A stretch of DNA of 64,000 nucleotides from Candidatus Hydrogenedentota bacterium (GTDB lineage Bacteria; Hydrogenedentota; Hydrogenedentia; Hydrogenedentales; SLHB01), in assembly GCA_963674865.2 (NCBI GenBank), contig CAXXYE010000008.1:192001-256000 (forward strand), read 5' to 3'. Below the pieces are notes generated by a model. That model was not told where the DNA came from and did no database searches. It worked only from the letters and a program-made list of their open reading frames with translations. Below, piece by piece: positions 8,601 through 15,518 of this stretch. The translations under genes and the position numbers were made by a program. Each line of letters begins with the position of its first letter. Position 1 is the first letter of the stretch.

Positions 8601-9883
8601 CCAAGGCCGCCAAGGCCGCTGACGAGCCGGATACCGAAACGGTTTTCAAGACCTTCTCTGGCGGTGTTAAGACCAACCGCGATGACGTGGTCTACGACTA
8701 CCAGAAAGAACGGCTCTTGGAGCGGATGGATCATTTCACGAAGGCATACAACGCTGAACTCGACCGATACCGGCGAGCGGATAGTCCTAAGGACATTGAT
8801 GATTTCGTTGACTATTCTTACGTGAAGTGGGATAGCACGCTCAAGAACCATCTCAGACACCATCACGACGCACTCTTCAATCCAGGAGCCTTGCGCCTTT
8901 CTTTCTACCGGCCTTTCACCAAGCGGTATCTGTACTTCTACTCACGGTTCATAAACAGTGTGCATCTGCAACACCGGTTCTTCCCCACGCCCGCGTCCGA
9001 GCAGGAAAACCGGGTGATCGTAACCAGCGATGTTGCTTTCCGCGCTCCGACATTCTCGGCCCTTTTCACGGCATCCATTCCTGATCTACACCTGTGCGCG
9101 GCCATTGACGCGCACCAGTGCTTCCCGTTCTACGTGTACGACGAGGACGGGACGAACCGGCGGGAGAACGTCACGGACTGGGCACTGACGCAGTTCCGCG
9201 CGCGGTACGGCAACGATGTAACGCAGGCGTCCCCGCCTGCAGACGGAGCAGGCAAGATGCCTGCGCTACAACCTCCGGCAGGCAAGATGCCTGCGCCACA
9301 ATCCCCGGCAGGCAGGATGCCTGCGCCACAATCCCCGGCAGGCAGGATGCCTGCGTTACAGAAATGGGATGTCTTTCATTACGTGTACGGCCTGTTGCAC
9401 CACCCGGGCTACCGCGAGAAATACGCGGACTGCCTGAAGCGGGAACTGCCGCGCATTCCCTTTGCGCCGGACTTCTGGGCCTTTACCGAGGCGGGCCGGG
9501 AACTCGCGCATTGGCACCTCGACTATGAGGACGTGGACCCCTACGAACTCAAGTTCGAGGTCGCCAAAGGCAAGCCGCTCTCCTACCGCGTCGAGGACAA
9601 GATGCGGCTGAGCAAAGATAAGTCGGCGTTGAAGGTAAACAGCACGCTGACGCTCGTGGGCATTCCGCCGGAGGCGTTCGAGTATCGCCTAGGCAACCGC
9701 AGCGCGCTCGAGTGGATCATTGATCAGTACCGAGTCAAGACGGACAAGCGCTCGGGCATTACGTCCGATCCGAACCGCGCCGAGGATCCGCAGTACATCG
9801 TGCGGCTTGTGGGCCAGGTTATACGCGTGAGTCTTGAAACCGTGCGAATCGTGAACCACTTGCCGGATGATTTCGGAGGATAG
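5627..9883 (+). CDS. Single-chain restriction-modification enzyme (Type IIG-like; N6-adenine MTase plus Type ISP-like C-terminal specificity domain) with in-frame RAYT and REP insertions
   Basis: N-terminal PD...EAK nuclease motif (VPDGT...YWEAKD); GIVYTPQPIVDF; motif I ILDPCTGTGNF; motif IV GNPPY; C-terminal YRPFTKR, KWDVFHYVYGLLH, ELPRIP, YRLGNRSALEW. Confidence 0.92.
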   Translation: MNGTGGSIRSSHRAVKAYYEALADYAAQSVGHETAVRSAFQNLLAEAAKKRHWTLIPELASEGRGRSRVVPDGTMRDEFLIPRGYWEAKDTEDDLDAEIAKKAAKGYPLSNIIFEDTQTGVLYQDGHEALRVDLSNKTQLAELLNAFLAYSEPNIDEFEKAVAEFKERVPELALGLTAKIADAHRDNKTFIAAFEAFFEVCRTSLNPNLSQAAVDEMLVQHLLTERLFRTIFANSDFTRRNVIAAEVERVIDALVSKSFNRAEFLKSLDRFYVAIEDAARAIQDFTDKQHFLNTVYERFFQGYSVKVADTHGIVYTPQPIVDFMCASVAEVLETEFGKPLGSSGVQILDPCTGTGNFVVNLLRRIPKPDLPRMYREQLFANEVMLLPYYIAALNIEHAYFELTGQYEPFEGLCFVDSLDMAEHAQGEFGFMTEKNTARVERQKAAPITVIIGNPPYNVGQLNENDNNKNRKYPVIDRRIHDTYAADSKASNKNALSDAYVKFFRWAADRLEGRDGIVCFVSNNSFVDQLAFDGMRKHLVADFTHIYHIDLHGNVRKNPGLSGTTHNVFGIQVGVGVTVAVRKRQAKPVSKPGLYYHRVPEDWRKEEKLHWLMGRKSINGLRDAGILPDPEGAAPRTCSAGVPPACEGAAPRTRSAGVPPACEGAAPRTRSAGVSPAPEDIAPPIQNAGEDACVTIRDRGYLPHWHSPDPAKIYYVTFRLGDSLPAALLAELDGERERLINRAQQENRPLSKADRAEMDRLFSERIEQFLDAGSGACHLGKPAVAAMLRDVLLHFDGERYDIHAWAIMPNHVHLLLNCRPGHELSNNLHSIKSFSAKQANKMLGRRGKFWQTESYDHIVRNEEEYNRILKYIIENPQAAGLADWPWVGILPARPAGEDACATGNATILPVRPAGEDEFRNAAILPVRSAGEDACATSHAGEDDFRNAGILPAPSVGGDACATAAWRQLVPDADHTWLVPEDAGQFAKFIPIGTKAAKAADEPDTETVFKTFSGGVKTNRDDVVYDYQKERLLERMDHFTKAYNAELDRYRRADSPKDIDDFVDYSYVKWDSTLKNHLRHHHDALFNPGALRLSFYRPFTKRYLYFYSRFINSVHLQHRFFPTPASEQENRVIVTSDVAFRAPTFSALFTASIPDLHLCAAIDAHQCFPFYVYDEDGTNRRENVTDWALTQFRARYGNDVTQASPPADGAGKMPALQPPAGKMPAPQSPAGRMPAPQSPAGRMPALQKWDVFHYVYGLLHHPGYREKYADCLKRELPRIPFAPDFWAFTEAGRELAHWHLDYEDVDPYELKFEVAKGKPLSYRVEDKMRLSKDKSALKVNSTLTLVGIPPEAFEYRLGNRSALEWIIDQYRVKTDKRSGITSDPNRAEDPQYIVRLVGQVIRVSLETVRIVNHLPDDFGG
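7488..7707. repeat. Left REP cluster: four + strand REPs and one - strand REP; includes 3 x 48-bp tandem units (7513-7656)
   Basis: GTAG-C-GCAGGC-GTCYC-GCCTGC at 7536, 7584 and 7632; GTGA variant at 7488; inverted copy at 7685-7707. Confidence 0.92.
7709..8281 (+). CDS. rayt: REP-associated tyrosine transposase (RAYT/TnpA-REP, Y1_Tnp HUH) domain, aa about 695-885 of the fusion protein
   Basis: RGYLPHW, YYVTFRLGDSLP, AWAIMPNHVHLL (HUH at 8054-8062), SIKSFSA, FWQTESYDHIVRNEEE, KYIIENP (putative catalytic Tyr 8234-8236). Confidence 0.92.
8282..8508. repeat. Right REP cluster of convergent REP doublets (BIME/REPIN-like)
   Basis: + copies (GTAA)CGCAGGCATCTTGCCTGC, some degenerate, at about 8282, 8331, 8379 and 8457; - copies GCAGGCGAGGACGCCTGCGCTAC at 8306, 8408 and 8486. 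Confidence 0.9.
9218..9359. repeat. Second in-frame REP array: one + copy and four - copies with 30-bp period
   Basis: GTAACGCAGGCGTCCCCGCCTGC at 9218-9240; GCAGGCA(A/G)GATGCCTGCGYYAC at 9248, 9278, 9308 and 9338; translates as PAG(K/R)MPAPQS repeats. Confidence 0.92.
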
Positions 9884-9930
9884 TGACGCCGTCCCGGCGG
9901 CGGCTGCCTCATCGCCACCGAGTGGGCGAG

Positions 9931-9975
9931 AAAGAACGAGAGCCGGCGAGACTTTTGTGTAAGCCGCCGGCTCTC
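9931..9975 (-). terminator. Intrinsic terminator downstream of the tRNA (possibly bidirectional)
   Basis: 11-bp stem GAGAGCCGGCG/CGCCGGCTCTC (9938-9975) followed by GTTCTTT on the - strand. Confidence 0.6.
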
Positions 9976-9986
9976 AAGAACTTACT

Positions 9987-10063
9987 TGGTAGCGGTGCAG
10001 GGATTCGAACCCCGGACACGTGGATTATGATTCCACTGCTCTAACCAACTGAGCTACACCGCC
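9987..10063 (-). tRNA. tRNA with CAT anticodon, most likely elongator tRNA-Met
   Basis: Reverse complement GGCGGTGTAGCTCAGTTGGTTAGAGCAGTGGAATCATAATCCACGTGTCCGGGGTTCGAATCCCTGCACCGCTACCA; full cloverleaf with CCA; lacks initiator hallmarks. Confidence 0.95.
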
Positions 10064-10144
10064 ACCCGTAAGGGTAAAGGGGATCTTAGCATAGGGCGGC
10101 CAAGATTTCCACTTACATGCCGCGCTGGGGATGCGCATCGCGCG

Positions 10145-12748
10145 TCATGCGGCGTTGGTGGCGCGCGGGGTTTCGAGGACGACTTCTTCGGGGGACAGGT
10201 CGAGGACGAAGCCGTGCTTGGGAACCGTCCTGATAAGTTTGTTTCGGTGGGGCGCCGCCTCGGCGAGGGCGGCCACGAGTTTGCGCTTTTGGAAGTGCAT
10301 CTGGTTGGGCTCGACGATGACCTCGCCCCAGACGGCGTCGTAGATGGCGTCGTAGGGGACGCATTCCCCGGGCCGCCCGGCGAGGAGCCGGATTAACTGA
10401 TATTGCTTCTCTTGGAGCCGAACCGGGAGGTCGTCTAGAAAGACTTGGCCGGGGTAGCGCTCGTCGAGCACCAGCACGGCGGCGGGGGGCGGCGCACCGG
10501 CGGACGCTTGTTCGGGGCGTACCTCGTTTGACTGACGCCGGGCCCATTGCTTGAGCGTCCGGGCATCCGCGGCGGGCATGTACTTGGTTAGGTTCCGCGC
10601 GGGGGTATCGGCGAGGGCTTTGGGCGTGTGAAGCTCCGCCGCCCGCAGGGCGAGGATAGTGTTCCTGGAGAGTTCGGGCGTTTGCAGGCGGGCCAGGGGC
10701 AGGGCTTCTTCGGGCACGCCGTGTTGAACGCGCTCGGAGAGCGTCGTAATCCGGGATGCGAACTCCGGCGCCGCGCCCAAGGCGTTGGCGATTCCCGCGG
10801 TTGCGTCGAGGAGCCAACTGATTTGCTCCGCGGCGGCCACAATCTGGCCCGTCATGGTGCTGAATGTTTCCTCGAGGTTTTTCAGGGAGGCCTGGTCGAG
10901 CCATTGCATCAGGAAAAGGGCCACTTTGATGGCCCGGACCTCGTCGAAAAAGGGCATGAGGTTGCAGTTCCGAATCCGGTTGAGGGGGACGTCCGCCGTG
11001 ATGTCCTCCTTTTCGGTGAGGCGTTTGAGTAGGTCGACGTAGCCCGCGTGATCGTATTCGCCCGAGGTCAACGACATCTGAACCATACGGCCATCGGCCG
11101 TGAACGCCGCCGCGAGAATAAGGTCGATCTCAGGCCAGAAACGGGTTTCGGATTGGCCAATCCAGTGTTCGAGGGCGGACGCGGTGGCAATGGTGATGCC
11201 CTTTGACGCCACCGCCAGTCCCAGCGGCGTTGCTTCGAGCCGCCCGTCCGAGGCCTGTGACACAACGCCCGCGTCGACGGCGCGGGTTACCGCCGCCCGG
11301 ATGTGAAAGGCGCATTCATCGAGGGTGAGGGTCTCGGCCCAAATCCAGCGCCCGGAGAGGGTGTTCTCGAGAAACGCGTAGAGCGCGTCCTCCGTGTGGC
11401 AGCAGTGCGACGCCACCAATTGAAGGATGTGGTCTTCGAGCTTTGCCGCGGCAAGTTGAGGCGCCACCTGCTCGCGTTCGCCTTCGATGTAGTTGCGCCA
11501 CAGGGTTTCCCGATCAAACGGCGATGTGGCGATGAGGATGGCCCGGCCGAATGCCTGGCCGGAGCTGTAACGGCCGGCCCGTCCGCCCATATTTTCATAA
11601 TCCCCGTGGAGGATGGGAGTTTTCCAGGGCATCCCGAAGCGCTTGTCATAGCGCCATTTATCGGTGGAGATGAAGACGTTCCGCGCCGGAAGGTTCATGC
11701 CCGTCGCGAGGGTGCTCGTGGACACCAGCACCTTGATTTCGCCCGTGCGGAATCCCTCTTCGACCACCCGCCGTTCCTCCCGGGAGAGGTTGGCATTGTG
11801 AAAGGCCACCCCGTTTGCCAAGGTTTCGAGCAGGGAGTCCCGTGAACGGGTCGCTTCGAGCGTTTTGAGCGCCTCGATGGTCTGTTCCGCCGGGGGATGG
11901 TTGATCCGGCCCGCAAGCAGTTCCGCTCCACGGCGGGATTCATGCTTTGCCTTGACGAAAATCAGGCACGGCTCGCCGCGCTCGACGAAGGCGCAGACAT
12001 TCTCCGTGAGAATCTCCCAGGCCGACGCCCCGTCCAGTCCCACGAGGCGCTCCTCGCCTTCTTCAAAGTCGTTGTACGTGCGGTATGTGAATACGCCGTC
12101 GTAAAGGACGCCGCAGCGCAGTTCCACGGGCCGCCGCTCGAAGAAGAGCAGGTCGGCCTTCAACCATTCGGCCAGCCGTTTTGCCTCGCCGAGCACCGCC
12201 GATAATCCAATCAGCCGGCGGCGCGCGGCCAAGATACGCGTCAGCAGAAGCTCGATTACCGGGCCGCGGTCCGTATCGGACAGAATTTCCAGCTCGTCCG
12301 CAATGATGAGGCCCATCTCTTCGATCCGTTCCGGGCGGCGCACGAGGAGTTGCGAGAGTTTTTCGTACACCACCACCGCAATCGAGAAAGTGCCATTCTC
12401 GAGATCGCGGTCGAATTCCCGGCGATCCCGGGTCGAAACAATCACGCGCAGCCCATAAGGGGCGTATTTCTCCCGAAAAGCGTGATATTTTTCCTCGGCC
12501 AGGGCTTTTAGAGGAACCAGGTAAACGACCTTTTTCCGGTGGAGGGCGGCCCGGAGGGCGGCCATTTCCCCGATAAAGGTCTTCCCTGAGCTCGTGGGCG
12601 CCTGGATCAGGAGGTTGCCGTCGCCGAACAAGTCATGGCGTTTGACGGCTAACTCCTGTAGCGGCAGTAGGATATCGCTTTCGCTCTCTCGCCAAAGCGC
12701 CAGGATCTCCGGCGGGATGTCGTATCGGACAAGCTCGTTTATCTTCAT
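10145..12748 (-). CDS. Ski2-like/Hel308-type SF2 DNA helicase with C-terminal OmpR-like winged-helix domain
   Basis: Q-motif LLPLQ, APTSSGKT, DELE, LSAV, RPVEL, GVAFHNANL, STSTLATGMNLPA, MGGRAGR; C-terminal LQEKQYQLIRLL...IRTVPKHGF; RBS GAGGA before ATG 12748. Confidence 0.88.
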   Translation of the reverse strand: MKINELVRYDIPPEILALWRESESDILLPLQELAVKRHDLFGDGNLLIQAPTSSGKTFIGEMAALRAALHRKKVVYLVPLKALAEEKYHAFREKYAPYGLRVIVSTRDRREFDRDLENGTFSIAVVVYEKLSQLLVRRPERIEEMGLIIADELEILSDTDRGPVIELLLTRILAARRRLIGLSAVLGEAKRLAEWLKADLLFFERRPVELRCGVLYDGVFTYRTYNDFEEGEERLVGLDGASAWEILTENVCAFVERGEPCLIFVKAKHESRRGAELLAGRINHPPAEQTIEALKTLEATRSRDSLLETLANGVAFHNANLSREERRVVEEGFRTGEIKVLVSTSTLATGMNLPARNVFISTDKWRYDKRFGMPWKTPILHGDYENMGGRAGRYSSGQAFGRAILIATSPFDRETLWRNYIEGEREQVAPQLAAAKLEDHILQLVASHCCHTEDALYAFLENTLSGRWIWAETLTLDECAFHIRAAVTRAVDAGVVSQASDGRLEATPLGLAVASKGITIATASALEHWIGQSETRFWPEIDLILAAAFTADGRMVQMSLTSGEYDHAGYVDLLKRLTEKEDITADVPLNRIRNCNLMPFFDEVRAIKVALFLMQWLDQASLKNLEETFSTMTGQIVAAAEQISWLLDATAGIANALGAAPEFASRITTLSERVQHGVPEEALPLARLQTPELSRNTILALRAAELHTPKALADTPARNLTKYMPAADARTLKQWARRQSNEVRPEQASAGAPPPAAVLVLDERYPGQVFLDDLPVRLQEKQYQLIRLLAGRPGECVPYDAIYDAVWGEVIVEPNQMHFQKRKLVAALAEAAPHRNKLIRTVPKHGFVLDLSPEEVVLETPRATNAA

Positions 12749-12774
12749 GATCAAATCCTCTTGCAGCCCGCTCG

Positions 12775-12803
12775 ATAATACTGAATAAATAATCAGTTGT
12801 CAA
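12775..12803 (-). promoter_or_regulatory. Sigma70 promoter with a CTG-N10-CAG (SOS-box-like) palindrome in the spacer
   Basis: - strand TTGACA (12803-12798)-17 bp-TATTAT (12780-12775); spacer contains CTGAATAAATAATCAG (12781-12796). Confidence 0.75.
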
Positions 12804-12820
12804 GGGAAAGCGAGGCACCA

Positions 12821-12968
12821 GAATCCGCGCGTAAGCGTGGTTCTGCATTCCAAGTAGGCGCGCTGGAGGCAGGCAGGATGCCCGCGCCACAGTCTCCGGC
12901 AGGCAGGATGCCTGCGCTACAATCTCCGGCGCGCTCGCCATCTTTCAAGACGCGCTTGCCAAAATCCC
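12821..12968. repeat. Intergenic REP-containing dispersed element, copy A (two REPs)
   Basis: REPs at 12869-12890 and 12899-12920 (30-bp period); flanks match the reverse complement of 59429-59546. Confidence 0.88.
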
Positions 12969-13007
12969 GTTTGTGCCAAGATCGGGGAAAATGGCGAAAA
13001 AGGCGCT

Positions 13008-14630
13008 TCAGGCGTCGCCGGGGGCAACGGCCGGGAGGGTCATTGAGAAGACGGACATGGATTTACTAGGGGGACGTAGCCGGAGTTCGCCTTGGTGGGC
13101 GCGGACAATCTCGCGGGCCAGATTCAGTCCCAGTCCCACGCCGTCCACGCTGCGGGTGCGCGACTTTTCCCCCCGGAAGAAGCGCTCGAAGACGCGCTCG
13201 CGGTCGGCGTCCGCTATAGGTTGTCCCGTATTGCCGATCAAGAACTCGACGGCCTTTCCGTCTCCGCGGAGCGCCAGCTTCACCTTTCCTCCGTCGTGAT
13301 TGTATTTGATGGCGTTGCTCACCAGGTTTTGCAGGACCTGATTGAGGAGGTCGGCATCGGCCATAACCCATTGGTCAGGCGCGAGGGATTGTTCGACGTT
13401 CAGTTGGGGCGCGAGGATCTGCATATCCTCGCAGACGGCCTCGACGGCTTCCGTGAGATTCAGCGGCTTCAACGTCAGCTTCAGTTGGCCCGAGTCCGCG
13501 AGGGATAGGAGGAGGAGTTTGCGGATGATGGCCTTGAGGCGGAGGACTTCGTCGAGCAGGCCGGTGAGCGTTTGTTGCCGTGACGAGCCGGGCGACGCCT
13601 CTTGCAGGGCCTGCTCAAGTTCCCCCTGAAGGATGGTGAGGGGCGTCTTTAGCTCGTGGGCCGCGTCCGCGCTGAACCGTGTGGCTTGGTGGAAACTTCT
13701 CTCGAGGCGGTCCATCATCGCGTTGAACACGGTGATGAGCCTGCGAAACTCGGCGTCAATGTCCTTGCTGGGGATGCGCTGATCCAGGCCCTTGGCGGTG
13801 ACGCCTTCTGCGGTGCGGGTGAGGACGTTGATGGGATGGAGCGCCCGCTGCGAAATCCACCAGCCCGCCAAGGCGATCAGCGCCAAGGCCACGGGCAATG
13901 CCACGAGAAATGCGTTGCGTATCTGGAGTGTCTCGGCATTGAAACGTTCCATGTTGAATCCGAGAACGAAGGTAACGCCCGGTGTGCCGAGGACGCCAAT
14001 GCGCCACTGTCTGCCACCCGCGTTGCGGGTGATAAACACAGGTTCTCTGAGAGGCGGCCCGAGTCCGGCCCGGCCAAGGCCGCGCTGTCCTCCTCTCCGG
14101 CCTTCGCCTCGTCCGCCTCGGTACTGCATGCCCGGGCCGGTGCGGAGCGAGGGCGCTTCGCCTTCCGCGTCCGCGGGCATGAATCCTTCAGGGGCGCCGG
14201 GGGGGGGCTCGTCCGGCCCTAGTGCTCTGGGGATGCCGCGTCCGCCCAGGGGGCCATGAGGTCGAGGAGGCGCAAGGGCGGTCTCGAACTCGCCGGGGGG
14301 GGGCAGGGCGTCCGAGGGGAGGTCGTCAGGCCAGTTGGTGGAGCAGTAAACCGTCTCGTCACGGCGTCCCTTCACCAGGAGAATGAAGGCGTCTTCTTCA
14401 TCGTCACCCATGAGGAACTGGAGCGACTCGCCGACTTGTTGCCAGTGCTCTGGTCCTTGAGGGGCTCTGGCGAGATGCCGCTGGCCCAATTCCCTGATGT
14501 TGTCATCAATGCGCTGGAGGTTCATCCGTTGGATCACCGCCCATGTCCAACCGCCGAACAGCAGAAGGACCGCGCCGGACAGCATTACCGCCAGCAGGGC
14601 GATTCGAAGTCTGAACGAGCCAATGCGCAT
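13008..14630 (-). CDS. HAMP-domain sensor histidine kinase (CusS/CzcS-like)
   Basis: Two TMs, HAMP, H-box DAAHELKTPL, N-box NLVSNAIKY, F-box VFERFFR, G-box GVGLGL. Confidence 0.92.
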   Translation of the reverse strand: MRIGSFRLRIALLAVMLSGAVLLLFGGWTWAVIQRMNLQRIDDNIRELGQRHLARAPQGPEHWQQVGESLQFLMGDDEEDAFILLVKGRRDETVYCSTNWPDDLPSDALPPPGEFETALAPPRPHGPLGGRGIPRALGPDEPPPGAPEGFMPADAEGEAPSLRTGPGMQYRGGRGEGRRGGQRGLGRAGLGPPLREPVFITRNAGGRQWRIGVLGTPGVTFVLGFNMERFNAETLQIRNAFLVALPVALALIALAGWWISQRALHPINVLTRTAEGVTAKGLDQRIPSKDIDAEFRRLITVFNAMMDRLERSFHQATRFSADAAHELKTPLTILQGELEQALQEASPGSSRQQTLTGLLDEVLRLKAIIRKLLLLSLADSGQLKLTLKPLNLTEAVEAVCEDMQILAPQLNVEQSLAPDQWVMADADLLNQVLQNLVSNAIKYNHDGGKVKLALRGDGKAVEFLIGNTGQPIADADRERVFERFFRGEKSRTRSVDGVGLGLNLAREIVRAHQGELRLRPPSKSMSVFSMTLPAVAPGDA

Positions 14631-14687
14631 GGTTTTCGCTATTCGCTCCCGAAATGCCCGCGTCCGGGGAGTTGGGAGGCGTCGTGG

Positions 14688-15359
14688 TCACGCATTCCTG
14701 AAGCGGTATCCCACGCCGCGGACGGTTTCGATGAATCGCTCTTTATCTTCGGGACAGAGCTTCTTGCGCAGGCGCTGAATATGCACGTCGACCAGGTTGG
14801 TATTGGGGTCGAAGTTGTAGCCCCAGACGTGTTCGAGGACCTGCGTCCTTGCGAAGACGCGTCCCGGGGAGCGCATAAGGTATTCGAGGAGGCCGAACTC
14901 GCGCGCGGTGAGTTTGATGGGCGCGTCGCCTCGATTGACCTCCCGCGTGATGAGGTTCACCACGAGGTCGCCGGCCTGCAGGATGCTGAGTTGTTCTCCC
15001 GATGCCCGCCGCACCACCGCGTGAAGCCGCGCGACGAGTTCTTCCACGAAGAAAGGCTTTGTCAGGTAGTCGTCGGCCCCGAGGTTAAGGCCTTCCACCC
15101 TTTCGTCGAGTTCGGCGCGGGCGGTGAGGAGGATGACGGGGACGGTGTTGCGTTTCTTGCGAAGCGCCCTCAGGATGCTGAGTCCGTCCCGGCCGGGGAG
15201 CATGATATCCAACACGATCGCGTCGTATTGATTGGTGGTCGCCAGGGCGTGCGCCTCGTTGCCGTCGGCGCTCAGCTCGACGCTAAACCCTTGTTCTTCC
15301 AGCCCTTTGCGGATGAACCGGGCGATTTGCTGCTCATCTTCCACCACGAGTACGTTCAT
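14688..15359 (-). CDS. OmpR-family response regulator (CusR/CzcR-like)
   Basis: VLVVEDE, LDIMLPGRDG, GADDYLTKPF, ETVRGVGY. Confidence 0.95.
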   Translation of the reverse strand: MNVLVVEDEQQIARFIRKGLEEQGFSVELSADGNEAHALATTNQYDAIVLDIMLPGRDGLSILRALRKKRNTVPVILLTARAELDERVEGLNLGADDYLTKPFFVEELVARLHAVVRRASGEQLSILQAGDLVVNLITREVNRGDAPIKLTAREFGLLEYLMRSPGRVFARTQVLEHVWGYNFDPNTNLVDVHIQRLRKKLCPEDKERFIETVRGVGYRFRNA

Positions 15360-15406
15360 TGCTCCAGAGTATAGCACTCCAGGGGGCAAAGGGGGGCGCC
15401 GAGAGG

Positions 15407-15445
15407 ATTACAGTTTCTTAATCCGCGCGTAGGTTTTCCCGTAAT
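15407..15445. promoter_or_regulatory. Possible response-regulator box between divergent genes
   Basis: ATTAC-AGTTTC-TTAAT (15407-15422) resembles the ATTAC-N6-GTAAT CzcR/CopR-type box; second GTAAT half-site near 15441. Confidence 0.4.
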
Positions 15446-15518
15446 CCTGCTGAGGTAGGCTCTGTGTGGAACGAATGAGCGGGCCCGGTGAGACGGGCGT
15501 GAATACGAAAGGAGACGA

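Noticed and set aside
10145..12748. Hachiman defence system
   Set aside because: No HamA/DUF1837 partner is adjacent; the helicase is monocistronic
12633..12941. Short ORFs beginning MASAPEIVAQASCLP here and at 59456
   Set aside because: They are translations of the dispersed REP element, not genes
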